Assembly (NCBI GenBank): GCA_963847445.1
Contig: CAWJZV010000017.1
Location: 1 to 64,000, forward strand
Length of the DNA stretch: 64,000 bases
Reading direction: 5' to 3'
Source of the DNA: an uncultured delta proteobacterium
Lineage (GTDB): Bacteria > Desulfobacterota > Binatia > UBA9968
Part shown: piece after piece, positions 1-11,985 of the stretch
Layout: the number at the start of each line of letters is the position of its first letter
Numbering within the stretch: position 1 is the first letter of the stretch
Program-made: the position numbers and the translations under genes
The notes under the pieces: model-generated
What the model saw: the letters and a program-made list of their open reading frames with translations, nothing else
Told to the model about the DNA's origin: nothing
Database searches by the model: none

Positions 1-1211
1 AGTACAAAACTTGTTCGGCCTCGAGCTGCCTGATCTCGTCGTCTTTTAGACCCAATAAATCTCTCGCTATTTCGTAGGTGTGTTGCCCCATTAGCGGCGC
101 CAGGCCGCGCACCTCGCCGGGCGTCTCGGAAAGACGCATTGGAACATTCTCGGTGGCTATGTTGCCGGCTTCAGGTTCAAACATTTCGACCAAGAATCCG
201 GTCGCGGCATACTGCCGGTCGCGTTTGAATTGATCTTCCACCTCTTGAACGACGGCGGCGCACACGCCGACGCTTTGTAGACTTTCCATGATCGCGTAAG
301 GATCCTGTTGCACGGTCCATTGGGTGACCCACTGGTCCAATTCTTCCCGGTGCCGCAACCGCCCCAGGTGGGTAGCAAACTTGGCAGCGGGCTTGGCGCC
401 AGATTTTTTCAGCACTACAGCGGTAAAACTTTCCCATTCAGCTTGCGTGTAGACCGAGATCACGCACCAACGGTCTGTACCTTGGCATGGGTACGCTCCG
501 TAGGGCGCCGCGATCGAGGTGCGGTTCCCCTGGGGTTTGGGGTCGCGCTGGTTCACGGAGTATTCCATATATTTGGGTCCGAGAAGCGAGGCGCCGATTT
601 CCAGCTGCGCGTTATCGATCATGTCGCCGCGGCCCGTCACCGTGCGCTGGAGCAAGGCGGCAACGACTCCGAACGCGCCGGCGACACCGCCCATGAAATC
701 CGGGTGCTGGGTTCTTGGCTCTGCGGTGGCTGTCGTCGCGTCGGGATAGTTCCACAAATAGGTAGCGCCCATGTTGTTGATCACATTCGGGCCATAGGTG
801 AGGTCGGTGGCGTGGGGGCCGGTGCAGCCCATGCCTTTGACGCGGATCAGAATGCACGCCGGGTTGAGTTCCTGGAGCTGAGGATAATCGAGCCCCCACT
901 TTTCCAAGATGCCCAGGCCGAAGTTTTCGATGAGGACATCGGACTTTTGCGCCAATCGTTTGACCAGGTCGCGCCCTTTGGCGGTTTGCATATTCACGGT
1001 GAAGGATTTCTTGCCGCGCTGGAGTTTCACGAAGTCGGGTTTCTTGTTCCACAGTTTTGGGTCCTCGCCGCGGTGGCCGTCGCCGCGCAAGCGGGTCTCG
1101 CAACGGATGACTTCGGCGCCGAACTCGCACAGCACCCGACCCACCGTCGGGACCCGCGGCTCCCGTGGTCAACTCGACAACGCGAATGGCTTCAAGGGGT
1201 AGGTTGCTCAT
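1..1211 (-). CDS. CaiB/BaiF CoA-transferase family III (frameshifted; 3' end at window edge)
   Basis: ATG at 1211 (MSNLPLEAIRVVELTTGAAGP); CaiB-like segments spread over several frames. Confidence 0.8.
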
Positions 1212-1228
1212 AAGGTCTCCAAAATGCG

Positions 1229-1307
1229 GGAGTGATGGAGTGGTGGAGTAATGGAGCATTGGGTTTTCCGAGTTAATCACCGCATCACTCCAGTTCTCCA
1301 TCACTCC
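1229..1307. repeat. Inverted octamer-repeat hairpin (GGAGTRRT x4 / AYYACTCC-like x3)
   Basis: ggagtgat ggagtggt ggagtaat ggagcatt ... atcactcc agttctcc atcactcc, intergenic. Confidence 0.8.
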
Positions 1308-1319
1308 GATCTTTGTCGT

Positions 1320-2527
1320 CGGATAACCTAGCGCCGCACTGAAGTTGCCAAATCCTCACTGGACAACCCGAGCTCGCCAGAAAGGATTGTCTCGGTTGTG
1401 CTCGCCGAGCAGCGGCGCCGGCCGATGGATCGAGCCCGGGCATTCTGTGAGTCGCGGCACGCCGGCGAATTCATGATATTTGCCGACCACCGGGTGATTC
1501 ATTTCAACAAAGAGCTGGCGCGCCTTGGTCTGCGAGCTCTCCATGAACTCTCCGGCCGTGTTGATCGGTGTGACGCTGATGCGCCGCTTTTGCCCTTCCT
1601 CGTACATTTCTCCTTTGTAAAACCGCGGCAAAATTCCGCGATCGCGGACTGAACGATGGCCGGGTGTTGGCGCCGATAGGTGGTCTTCTCGAACTCGGGA
1701 CCGAAGTCGATGGGGGTCGCCCCATCCATTCCACCAGGCGGCGCCATTGTTCCCGGGCGACAATGAAAAATCGCACATAGCCGTCTTTGACGGCGAAGGG
1801 ATCGTGAGATCCGCCTCTCCGCCGTTTCGTTTCGCGCGCGCCGGTTTCGCTCCGCTGGCGCTATAATGGGGGATGGCGTAGCCGGCGATGTGCGCTGCGC
1901 ATTCGTGCATGGACACGTCGATATGCTGGCCGCGGCCGCTCGCCAATCGGTGATAGAGGGCAACCGCGATCCCAACGCGCCGTAGGTCGATGCCATGCCA
2001 TAGGCAAGCTCGCCCGCGGGTTGAATCGGCGGTTTGCCCTGCTCACCGGCGATGTACAACAAATTGCCGAGGGCGATGGCGGTGATGTCATCGGCTTTGT
2101 ATTCGCGCCATGGACCCGACCGGCCAAACGCGGTGATAGAGGCGACGACAAGCCTGGAATTGACGGCGCTCAACTGCGCGTAGTTCAAGCCGAGCCTGTC
2201 CGATTGCTCGGGTGAATAGGTTTCGATGACAACGTCGGCTTTGCCCGCCAGTTGGAGAAAAATCGCCCGGCCGTCGGCGCTCTCCAGATCGAGCGTGATG
2301 CTGCGTTTATTGGTGTTAAAGTGGAGATGGTAGAGGCTCGTTCCAGGATGCGGCATATCGTCTTTGAACGGCGGGATCCGCCGTGACCGCTCGCCCGCAG
2401 GCGGTTCGACTTTGATGATGTCGGCGCCCATGTCAGCCAGGAGTTTAGTACAATGCAGTCCCGGCGGCCCAGCCAAATCAAGCACTCGATAATCTGATAA
2501 TGGTCCGCTGCGGTGCGATGGTTCCAT
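1320..2527 (-). CDS. CaiB/BaiF CoA-transferase family III (frameshifted; 3' end approximate)
   Basis: GPLSDYRVLDLAG..LADMGADIIKVEPP, NTNKRSITLDL, GRGQHIDVSM, PAPLLGEHN in ORFs 1499..2533 and 1356..1946. Confidence 0.85.
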
Positions 2528-2615
2528 AGCCACTCCGGGTGGGATTTTGTCCGTGGCCGAATCTTCGACGTCGAGCTATGTAGTAATGAATCGGCTATTT
2601 GGCATCTAGCCGGAC

Positions 2616-3216
2616 TCAACACTCGGCCGCTCTTGCCGCAGGTTTCAGCACTTTCGGCAGATCAGATCCCCCTTGGGAAATGGCAGGAGCACGCAGTCTA
2701 CGCGCGGATCGCTGTGCGCATCGTTCCAGGAGCGCGGTCTGGTAGCGCGGCGAGGTTACGTTATCGACGACAATCCAACCGCCGGGCACCAGGCGCGGAA
2801 CAATTAACTCGTAGATCTTGGCGTTCAACTCCGGGGGCTCGATGTCGGAGAAGCAGAATGCGATCGGGTCGAAACGGGTGGCGAAGTCGAAAGCGTCGCC
2901 ATGACAGACTTCGACCGTACCGGCCGCGCCGGCGCGGCTGATATTGCTCTCTCGCCAAGGCGACCTTTTTTTCATTTAGATCGACCGTGGTGAGCGTCAC
3001 ACCTCGGGCGCGCGCGGCCAGCGACAGCCACAGACTAGAGTAGCCACCGCTGCTGCCGAGCTCGAGAAATGCGCCGGGCGGGGCCGACATCGCCAGCAGC
3101 GATAGGCAGCGGCCGACGTCTGTCGAAACGCTGCGCAGTGATGGTTGGTCGCGCGCAACCTGATCCTCCAGCGCGCGCATCACTTGCCGCATTTCGGTCG
3201 AAATGTCATGAAACAT
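2616..3216 (-). CDS. O-methyltransferase (class I SAM), frameshifted
   Basis: LELGSSGGYSSLWL motif; C-terminal LVPGGWIVVDN in adjacent frame. Confidence 0.8.
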
Positions 3217-4619
3217 GGGCGCCTCCGGCGATGTTTTCCCAAGGCACGCTGCGCCGGTTGATCTGCTCTTCGACGTCGGCCGGGAATAAATTCTCTTTCA
3301 ACATGGCGAAATCGCCGTAGGCGCCGTGCACCGGGCCTAGCAAATTGCGTTCGGCGAGCAGCCCGGCCTTGCGCGTGCCGAACTTGGGCAGCCTGTCGCT
3401 ATACTTTTGATAGGTTTCATACCACTTGCGCGTCATCTGGATGTAGTAATCCAGCGGCACTGGCGGCTGCTCGGCTTCTTTGCACAGCGCCGTCGACGGT
3501 TCGCGCCGCCATTGCTGTGGCCGCGGCATGATGCCGCGTGACATGAGATATTCGAAGCAGTCGCTAGCCGAGGCTACGGCTTCCGCCACGGTCTTGAAAC
3601 CGTGCGGGCGCGCCATCTCGATGCCGGACACGAAGCTTGGCTGGACCATGCCGTTGCCGAACACTTCGACGGCGTCCTCCATCCAGCGCACCCAGTTGTC
3701 CCAGCCAACCCGCTCGGCCTTGCCGGGATTGATCCAGGGAAAGAGCTTTTTGTCCCATACTTCCATATTGAAGTGGATATGGTCGGCGCCGGCTTTTTTG
3801 TAGCGCCGCACTTCTTCGCGCGGCCGCGCATTGACTTCGAAGGTGATGCGCGGGTTGGTGCCGATATTTTTGATGGCTTCAATATACGGAATGTAGAAAT
3901 CTGCTTCGCTCTTGCCGTGGAGCGTCTTGGTGATACTGCCGCCGCTCAGCACGAAGCCCTGGCCAGCGCCGATTTTCTTGGCGTCATTGGCGACGTATTC
4001 GCAGACCGCGACGACGTCGCCCACCGACTTCACCGGAGCGTTGAGGGTGAAGTCGCGCGACAGCTTCATCTGGCGCGCGTTCTCGTTGATGTCGCAGAAC
4101 TTACATTCTTCCTTGGCGCCCCAGTACTGGCAGTTGCGGAAGATCGTGATGAACGAGGCGAATGCGACGATCTCGTGATAGGGCGTGCCGTCGGGTAAGG
4201 ATTTAGAATAATAGTCCGGCGTTTTGGGAATCCGTACCTCGGATACGACTTGCCCGTCGACGGTCAGGACGAGCCGGCCGTCGACGACATCGACCACATA
4301 GGGCGAATCGGGCGACAATGATGTTTGGATTGCCACCGGCCGCATCGCATAGGGCCCGTTGAGCAAAATAAAATGCTCCGGCACGCGCCGGTGCTCGTTT
4401 CTTTTAAAAGCGGACATCGGCACGAGGTCGTAAGAGAACAAGCGATAGGATTTGACCAGCGCTCCCGCGGAAGCATCGAGCGCCGCATCGCTAAACCAAT
4501 GGCCTAGGCTGAGCATATGCTGCTTGAGAATCGTCTCCTTGGGAACGTCCGGATATTTTTTGAAATACCCTTCCAAGAAATCGAAGCTGGATTCGGCTCG
4601 TTGTCGCGGTGTTAGCCAT
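3206..4619 (-). CDS. Radical SAM protein with CX8CX2C cluster motif
   Basis: CQYWGAKEECKFC; LSGG; FNMEVWD..F..INPGK. Probable true ATG at 4619 after AAAGGAG, one frameshift from ORF 3206..4576. Confidence 0.75.
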
Positions 4620-4678
4620 TCAGCGCTCCTTTCGCTGGCTAGCGTTTACTCGCACTTACCCGTGGGTGCCCATCGCCG

Positions 4679-5809
4679 CTACTTCAAGAGCGCATGGGCA
4701 GACGTTTGCGCGGGTTTGCGAACCTTATCGAGTTTTTCTTCCGACTGATTTTCGACCCGCCAAAAGTCCTCGACTGACAGGGCATCTTTCGCTGCGATGG
4801 TGCCCAATTCTCTCAGCCAGCGGGTATCAACATCGAGACGTCGAGTAGCTTGAGCGAGGCCGCGGGAAAAGACTTCCTGGCCATCGCGGCTCAAAAGCCA
4901 ATTGACGAAAACTTTTGTGCTGTTCGGATGCGCCGGCGCTTTGATGATCGCCAGATTGCCGCTGCCGCCGGTGCCGAAGGTCCCCTCTTTGAGAGTCGGC
5001 AGGGGCTTGACCGGCAAACCGGCTTTCACAAACGGCATAAAAGAATAGTAGGTGTTGCCGATCATTATGGCGACGCGTCCCTTGGCTAGACTTTCCGAAA
5101 GCACGCGCTGGTCGCGGCCGATAAATAAATCCTGCGCCGCGAGATTTTTCAAATACTCTTCGCCTTTGACCTGCCACATGTAGGACCAGTTGGAGTCTCC
5201 ACCGCCTGGGGTGCGCGGATCGAGATAGCCGATCTTGCCTTTCCACTTGGGGTTGAGAAAGTCGTCGAAGGAGCGCAGCTCGCTCGGATTGACCAGATCG
5301 GAGTTGTACCAAATGCTTTCCGGCAAATAGGCCTGAAACATGTAAATGAATCGCTTTGTCGTATCGACCCACAGATGGCCGCCCCACCACTGTTTCGCAT
5401 CTCTAACTTCGGGTAGCAGCAGCCAGGGATCGATCGGATCAAGAATGCCCTCGTCGAGCATGCCGGAGATGATCGAAGAGGAACCGCCGATGTGGAGATC
5501 GAAATGGCGCACACCGGCTTTGAATTCGTCCGCCATGCGGCGCACGCCGGCGCTGCCGCGCGCCGTGAAGACTTCCACTTCGATGCCGAAGCGTTTTTTG
5601 AATTGCTCCTCGATTTGTCGTTTCAACTCGGCGCTGGCCGGCATCGATACCGTGACCTTGCCCTCTTTCCGCGCGGCATCAACCAATTTGTCCCATTCCG
5701 GCGCGCTGGCGGCTTTACTTTGCTGACTGTAAATGGCGGATGCGAATACCAGCACGCCGAACAGCGTGGCTGCAAAAATACTTCTTGCGAGCAGGATCGG
5801 CACTGGCAT
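4679..5809 (-). CDS. ABC transporter extracellular solute-binding protein (Fe3+/thiamine-like)
   Basis: Signal peptide; AARKEGKVTV, DFLNPKWKGKI, APAHPNSTKVFVNWLLS. Confidence 0.85.
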   Translation of the reverse strand: MPVPILLARSIFAATLFGVLVFASAIYSQQSKAASAPEWDKLVDAARKEGKVTVSMPASAELKRQIEEQFKKRFGIEVEVFTARGSAGVRRMADEFKAGVRHFDLHIGGSSSIISGMLDEGILDPIDPWLLLPEVRDAKQWWGGHLWVDTTKRFIYMFQAYLPESIWYNSDLVNPSELRSFDDFLNPKWKGKIGYLDPRTPGGGDSNWSYMWQVKGEEYLKNLAAQDLFIGRDQRVLSESLAKGRVAIMIGNTYYSFMPFVKAGLPVKPLPTLKEGTFGTGGSGNLAIIKAPAHPNSTKVFVNWLLSRDGQEVFSRGLAQATRRLDVDTRWLRELGTIAAKDALSVEDFWRVENQSEEKLDKVRKPAQTSAHALLK

Positions 5810-6144
5810 CCTTTTGTCTCCAATACGCCGGCAAAATTGCCTACTCAGTGAACAAGTTTTTCGGAGCTTTGGGTGGACAGCGTAATCATTCTATTAATTG
5901 AATCCCTTGATATGTCAAGGACGTTTGCGTGAGGAACTCGTCATCATGAGCCGCAAATGTTCCCATGCCGAGCGTTGGCTAGTTGGACCGTTGTTGCGAT
6001 CTGTAAAACCGGTGATCGGAAAACGGCCGAAAGTTCACAAGCAAGATCTTGCTCAGCCACCGAAGACATTAGAAAGTCGATACTTTAGTTGATCGCCACT
6101 AACCACGGCCAAGACCGGGTGCACCACGATAGCGGTTTTTCATT

Positions 6145-7015
6145 TCACTTCGCCAGCAGCTTGCGGATCGAGCGCAGTTCCTTTTGCTTCTCATCGCTGA
6201 GTTTAGGATAGTCCATTTTCAAATCCTGGAGGGTGTCCAGGATGATCTGCGAAACGATCAGCCGGGCATTTTCTTTGTCGTCCGCCGGGACGACGTACCA
6301 TGGCGCTTGGCGTGTGCTGGTGGCGCTCAGGCAGGCCTCGTATGCCTTCATGTAATCGCTCCAAAGTTCCCGTTCATTCATATCGCCCATGCTGAACTTC
6401 CAATTCTTATCCGGTTCGTCGATGCGGGCGAGGAAGCGTTGGCGCTGCTCTTCTTTGGATAGATGGAGAAAGAACTTGATGATCCGGGTGCCGTTGCGGT
6501 GCAGGTGGGTTTCCAGGTCGCGGATCGAGCGATAGCGGTCCTGCCACACCGACTTTTCGTCCTGCACCCCATCGGGAAGCCGTTGGCTGCGCAGCAGCTC
6601 CGGATGAACCCGAACGATCAGAACCTCTTCATAGTAGGAACGGTTGAAAATACCGATGCGGCCGCGCTCGGGCAAACATTGCGTTGTGCGCCACAAAAAA
6701 TCATGGTCCAGTTCCGTGAGACTCGGATGCTTGAAGCTAAACACCTGGCAGCCTTGGGGGTTGACGCCGGACATCACATGCTTTATGGCGCTGTCCTTGC
6801 CCGCGGCATCCATGGCTTGGAAGATCAGCAGTAAAGAGAAGTTGTCCGAGGCGTAGAGAATGCTTTGCAGATCACTCAACTTTTCTATGCGCTCACGCAA
6901 GATCTTTTTGCAGTGCTTTTTTGAATCGTAGTAGGGCTTGACTTCAGTGGGCCACTTTTTCAGGTTAACGTTCTTGCCCTCGCGCACGCGGAAATCTTTG
7001 CGTCTCTATCTTCAT
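6145..7015 (-). CDS. ppk2: Polyphosphate kinase 2 family (class III-like)
   Basis: [45 protein letters not shown]; likely ATG at 7015 with a frameshift near the N-terminus. Confidence 0.9.
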
Positions 7016-7678
7016 GGTGTCTCCCTTCACGCCGACCCGAGTGTCGGTGATTGAGCCAGATTAGCGACTTTCCCCAGCTAATGAAAAGACCGCGTCAGAC
7101 TAAGCGGGCATGGCTGAGTTCCGTGATCGATTGCCAGCCGACGAGACAGCCTTGCCCATTTCCAATGAAACTCCAGCCTATCAGGAACAGCGCAAACTTA
7201 TCGAGTCAATTACCGCATCCTATGCGGCGCATGGGGCTTCGAATCGCCGCACTCTGTCAGGAGCAAATGGTCCAGGGAGAAAACCGATGCAGTGAAAGGA
7301 TTCTGTGTGAACGAGAATTATTGCGAAGACGTCACGGACAAGACGGGCCCGCTTCTTTACGTAGGGTTCAGCTCAGCTTCGCCTCGTTGCCGGCGGATCT
7401 TGCCACAAGGACAACAGGCGATCCCGCCCTGATTGGAAATTTCGATGGGGCATTCGGACAGCAAAGCGCCATGCCATGTCGTGACAACTAAGTCACCAGA
7501 GAAAGTTTTCGCATCAGCTTCGCGTTTTTGTCCTGGGTTCCAGACCTTTGGGAGCTTGAGTAGTTTTGGGTGATTTTGGTTACGATTCACCGTTGGTTCG
7601 CATCACCGATTACTCGCGCTAGAAAAAAATCTTCAAGTCAACCGGCTAATTTTCGCTGGCAATAAGGTTGTCGATTAC

Positions 7679-7694
7679 CGGCACACGCCTTGCT
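7679..7694 (+). promoter_or_regulatory. sigma54 -24/-12 promoter upstream of NRPS
   Basis: CGGCACACGCCTTGCT, GG-N10-GC, about 90 bp upstream of ATG 7781. Confidence 0.7.
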
Positions 7695-7780
7695 CAAACG
7701 GTTTTCAACGCGGGTATTTCCTGAACAGAAAAACGGCGTCGCTCAACCGCCGGGCGAAGCAGAGGCAATTTTTCTCTGGA

Positions 7781-10700
7781 ATGAACATGAATGCTATCGA
7801 CACAAGACGCTTCGACGTAGTCGACTCCTATCCTCTCTCTTCACTTCAACAGGGCATACTATTTCACTGTCTCGATGCCGCGGAGCAAGGCGTCTACGTC
7901 GATCAAATTTTTTGTACATTGGACGAAGCCATCGATACGCCCGCGCTGGCGCGCGCGTGGCGGCGCGTCTTCGAGCGCCATCCCATCCTGCGCACCAGCT
8001 TCCGCTGGGAAGGAATGCAGGAGCCGATTCAGGAAATTCATCGCCGAGTTGAAGTGCCCTTTGAACTGTTGGATTGGCGCAACTTCACTCAGTCGGAGCA
8101 ACAGGTGCAGAGCGATGCATTGTTGGCGCGCGAGCGGCGTCAAGGATTCGATTTGTCGAACGCGCCCATAACCCGTCTCACGCTGATCCAGTGCGCCGAT
8201 CGCCAATACAAACTGTTGTGGACCTATCATCACATCCTGGTGGACGGAAGATCGACATTCTTGATCATGGATGAGGTGTTTCAATACTATCAAGCTTTCC
8301 GTGACCGCCGCGACTTGGAGATCGCGCCACCTCGTCCCTATGGCGATTACATCGATTGGCTGCAAGGCCAAGAATTCGTGCGCTATGAAGACTACTGGCG
8401 AACGGCGCTCAAAGGCTTTCTTACCCCGGCGCAGCTCCGTTTACCTCCGGTTGAAAAAAAGCATCATGAAGCCGAGCAGATTTTCGCCGCCCAGGAACTG
8501 GCTGTGCCGGCCGATACGACGGCACGCGTCGACGCTTTCGCCAAAGCCCATGGGTTGACGCTGAATACCATGATTCAAGGCGCATGGGCTCTGTTGCTGC
8601 ACCATTATAGCGGCGAGAACGACATCGTCTTCGGGGCGACAAGAGCCTGCCGCTATTCATCGGTCAAAGGCGCTGAAACCATGGTCGGTCTGTTCCTCAA
8701 TACCTTGCCGATGCGCGTCGCGCTTCATCCTGAGGCGCGCATGATGGATGCCCTGCGTGACCTGCGCCGGCAGCAGGTCGAGCTCCGTGATTACGAGCAG
8801 ACGCCGCTCCATCAGGTGCAACTATGGAGCGAAATCGAACGCGGCAAACAGCTCTTCGAGAGCATCGTTGTGTTCGAGAGCACGCCAGCCGACGGTCCAC
8901 TACGGGCCAAAGGCGGAGAGTGGTCGAATCGGCGTTTCCAACATAAGGGCCAGAGCCACTATCCTTTGACCTTCGATGTTTGCGTCGACTCGCAGCTATT
9001 TTTGCGCATCCAGTATGACCGCCGGTGCTTCGACGACGGGTCGATCGAGAGGATGTTGCGGCACCTGCAGAACTTACTCGTCGGCATGATTGCCGATCCC
9101 GAACGGTCGATTGGACAAATTTCTCCGCTCTCGGAAAGCGAGAAACACCAACTCCTGCGGCAATGGAATGACACGGTTGAATCGTTTTCAACGCACTCCA
9201 CGGTTCACCAGCTATTTGAAGCGCAGGCCGAGCGCACCCCCGACGCTATTGCGGTGGAATTCAATGGCAGACGGCTGAGTTACCGCGATTTGAATGCTCG
9301 TGCCAACCAGGTGGCGCGTTACCTCAAGCGCCGGGGAGTGGGTCCGGAAAAATTGGTCGGAGTGTGCTTCGAGCGATCTGTTGAAATGATCGAAGCGCTT
9401 TTGGGAGTCCTCAAAGCCGGCGGTGGTTACGTTCCGATGGATCCGACGTATCCACCGGAACGGCTTGCCTACATGCTCGACGACGCCAAAATCGCTGTCT
9501 TATTGACCGAGGACCGCTGGCGCAGGAAGTTGGCTTTGTCCCTCTCAGCGTCCCAGTCTCGCAGCGCGCCGTTCGAGACGGTTTGCGTCGACAGGGTGTC
9601 CGGGCAAATCGATCAGGAGAGCACGCAGAATCTCGCATGCGACAGCGCCCCCGAAGACTTGGCCTATGTGATTTACACATCCGGCTCCACGGGATCACCT
9701 AAGGGAGTCGGGATTGCGCACCGCTCGCTGGTCAATTGTCTCAACAGCATGCGCGACCAGCTCGCGTTCACTGAACGGGACACGTTGCTGGCCGTGACCA
9801 CCATTTCGTTTGATATTGCCGGTATAGAAATCTATCTCCCCTTGATCACCGGTGCCAAGATCTTGTTGGCAGGACGCGAAGATGTCGCCGACGGCTCCCG
9901 GCTAGTCAAGCTCCTGATGCAACATGCCGCGACCGCGATGCAAGCCACCCCGTCGACATGGCGGCTCTTGCTTGAAGCCGGATGGCAAGGTGCCGATAGA
10001 TTCAAGATACTCTGCGGCGGCGAGTCTTTAGCCGCGGATTTGGTCGCGCCGCTGCTCGCGCGCGGAGTGGTGTGGAATCTGTACGGTCCCACGGAAACAA
10101 CCATCTGGTCCACGGCGCACCGTTTAACACCAGGAGACGCTTCGATACCGATCGGTCGGCCGATCGCCAACACCGAGATCTATGTTCTAGACGGCTGCCT
10201 GCATCCGGCTCCGATCGGGATTCCTGGAGAATTGCACATCGGCGGCGCCGGTTTGGCGCGAGGCTATCTCAATCGCCCCGAACTTACGGCGAAGAAATTC
10301 ATAGCAAATCCTTTCAGCACTAATCCAACGGCACGCTTGTACAAGACCGGCGACTTAGTTCGCTACTTACCGGACGGCAATTTGGAGTTCGTTGGCCGAA
10401 TCGACAATCAGGTCAAAGTGCGAGGGTTCCGTATTGAACTTGGCGAGATAGAAAACATACTCGCCCGGCATCCAGGAATTAGACAAGCGGCAGTGCTAGC
10501 GCGGGAAGATAATCCACAGGACAAACGATTGGTTGCCTACATTGTCCCGCGACCGGAGCTGGACCTGACCACCGACCGGCTGAGGAGCTACCTCAAAGAT
10601 CAACTACCCGAATATATGATTCCGTCGGCGTTTGTGCTGCTCGACGATTTGCCGTTAACGCCCAATGGAAAGATCGATCGAAAAGCCTTACCCAGTCCCG

Positions 10701-11860
10701 ATCAGAATCGCCTGGGGATAGGCGGGCGGTATCAATCCCCGCGCACGACGATGGAACAGGCTCTGGCTGGCATCTGGGCGGAAGTACTCGGCGTGGACAA
10801 GGTCGGGATTCACGACAACTTCTTTGATTTAGGCGGCCACTCGCTAGTGGCAGTGAGATTGGTGAACTTAATCAAGAGAAAAATCGGCCTAACGCTGCGC
10901 ATCGCCCATATATATCAAGCGCCGACGGTCAAACAAATGGCGGGTATTCTCGACAATCGTGAAGCAGCCACGTTATTTTCATCGCTCGTTCCGCTGCAAA
11001 CCAAGGGGGCGAAACCGGCGTTTTATTGGGTCCACGGCGACTCCAGCAACGCGTACTTAACTCGTTATCTGGACGCAGAGCAGTGCTTGTATGGATTACA
11101 ACACCAAAGCACCGATGGGCAGCCCGCGCGTTATCGGAGTGTCGAAGACATCGCCGCTCACTACCTCAAAGAGATTTGCGCCGTCCAACCCTATGGTCCC
11201 TATCGACTGGGTGGGAATTGTTTCGGCGGATTAGTAGCTTTCGAAATTGCCAACCAACTGCAGAGCAAGGGCGAAAAAATCGATCTGCTGGTGCTGCTAA
11301 ATCCTGCGACCCCAGTGACAGCGGGTCCTCTGCAGGTATCCCGGCCGATCCGGACTAAGGTAAACGATCTGCGCCATCTTCTGCAACTTTTTTCGTCGTT
11401 GCGAAGCAGTGGGCGTTGGAACGAAGGGCTGAACCGAGTGACAGGTGGCATAATCGGCCAAATGCGGAATCTGCTCGAGTCTGCGAAAAGAGCAAATCAA
11501 AAAGCCGTCTGCAAAATCTACGATCGCCTCGGTGCTTCGATTCCGGCGTCTCTGCGCAGCCGCTACATTTTGGAAATCTATTTTCGCGCCCTACGATATT
11601 ATGTGGGACGACCATTCCAAGGGGATATGGTTCTCTTGCTCGGTCAGGACTATTCGCGCCAGCACCGCGCCCATTGGTCCAAGCAATGCACAGGTAGGGT
11701 AACCATTCATGACGTGCGTGGGGACCATAACGGCGTCCTCGAAGAGCGAAACGTCAAGGTCTGGGCAAAGCACTTGGCTGCTTATCTTCGGGCATTAGCA
11801 ATCGAACGACCTGCCGTTAAGTCAGTTAAGAAATCTGCCCGCGCTCTAGCGTTCCAATGA
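7781..11860 (+). CDS. Stand-alone NRPS module C-A(Gly predicted)-T-TE
   Basis: C: YHHILVDG; A: YTSGSTGSPKG, NLYGPTE, YKTGDL, LTPNGKIDR; T: LGGHSL; TE: GNCFGG. Confidence 0.95.
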   Translation: MNMNAIDTRRFDVVDSYPLSSLQQGILFHCLDAAEQGVYVDQIFCTLDEAIDTPALARAWRRVFERHPILRTSFRWEGMQEPIQEIHRRVEVPFELLDWRNFTQSEQQVQSDALLARERRQGFDLSNAPITRLTLIQCADRQYKLLWTYHHILVDGRSTFLIMDEVFQYYQAFRDRRDLEIAPPRPYGDYIDWLQGQEFVRYEDYWRTALKGFLTPAQLRLPPVEKKHHEAEQIFAAQELAVPADTTARVDAFAKAHGLTLNTMIQGAWALLLHHYSGENDIVFGATRACRYSSVKGAETMVGLFLNTLPMRVALHPEARMMDALRDLRRQQVELRDYEQTPLHQVQLWSEIERGKQLFESIVVFESTPADGPLRAKGGEWSNRRFQHKGQSHYPLTFDVCVDSQLFLRIQYDRRCFDDGSIERMLRHLQNLLVGMIADPERSIGQISPLSESEKHQLLRQWNDTVESFSTHSTVHQLFEAQAERTPDAIAVEFNGRRLSYRDLNARANQVARYLKRRGVGPEKLVGVCFERSVEMIEALLGVLKAGGGYVPMDPTYPPERLAYMLDDAKIAVLLTEDRWRRKLALSLSASQSRSAPFETVCVDRVSGQIDQESTQNLACDSAPEDLAYVIYTSGSTGSPKGVGIAHRSLVNCLNSMRDQLAFTERDTLLAVTTISFDIAGIEIYLPLITGAKILLAGREDVADGSRLVKLLMQHAATAMQATPSTWRLLLEAGWQGADRFKILCGGESLAADLVAPLLARGVVWNLYGPTETTIWSTAHRLTPGDASIPIGRPIANTEIYVLDGCLHPAPIGIPGELHIGGAGLARGYLNRPELTAKKFIANPFSTNPTARLYKTGDLVRYLPDGNLEFVGRIDNQVKVRGFRIELGEIENILARHPGIRQAAVLAREDNPQDKRLVAYIVPRPELDLTTDRLRSYLKDQLPEYMIPSAFVLLDDLPLTPNGKIDRKALPSPDQNRLGIGGRYQSPRTTMEQALAGIWAEVLGVDKVGIHDNFFDLGGHSLVAVRLVNLIKRKIGLTLRIAHIYQAPTVKQMAGILDNREAATLFSSLVPLQTKGAKPAFYWVHGDSSNAYLTRYLDAEQCLYGLQHQSTDGQPARYRSVEDIAAHYLKEICAVQPYGPYRLGGNCFGGLVAFEIANQLQSKGEKIDLLVLLNPATPVTAGPLQVSRPIRTKVNDLRHLLQLFSSLRSSGRWNEGLNRVTGGIIGQMRNLLESAKRANQKAVCKIYDRLGASIPASLRSRYILEIYFRALRYYVGRPFQGDMVLLLGQDYSRQHRAHWSKQCTGRVTIHDVRGDHNGVLEERNVKVWAKHLAAYLRALAIERPAVKSVKKSARALAFQ

Positions 11861-11985
11861 TATAGCATCGTCGGCTTGGAGTCGGTGATGGGAAGTTTAA
11901 CGTCAATCCTTTCACTGGCTATGTTGGCCTCGATTTCCTGAGTCAGATTCGCCAGTGATGCGATTGTGGGTTGTCCCGTAGCGAT

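Noticed and set aside
7051-7590. Short ORFs between ppk2 and the NRPS
   Set aside because: No recognisable motifs or consistent frame, so no product call can be supported.
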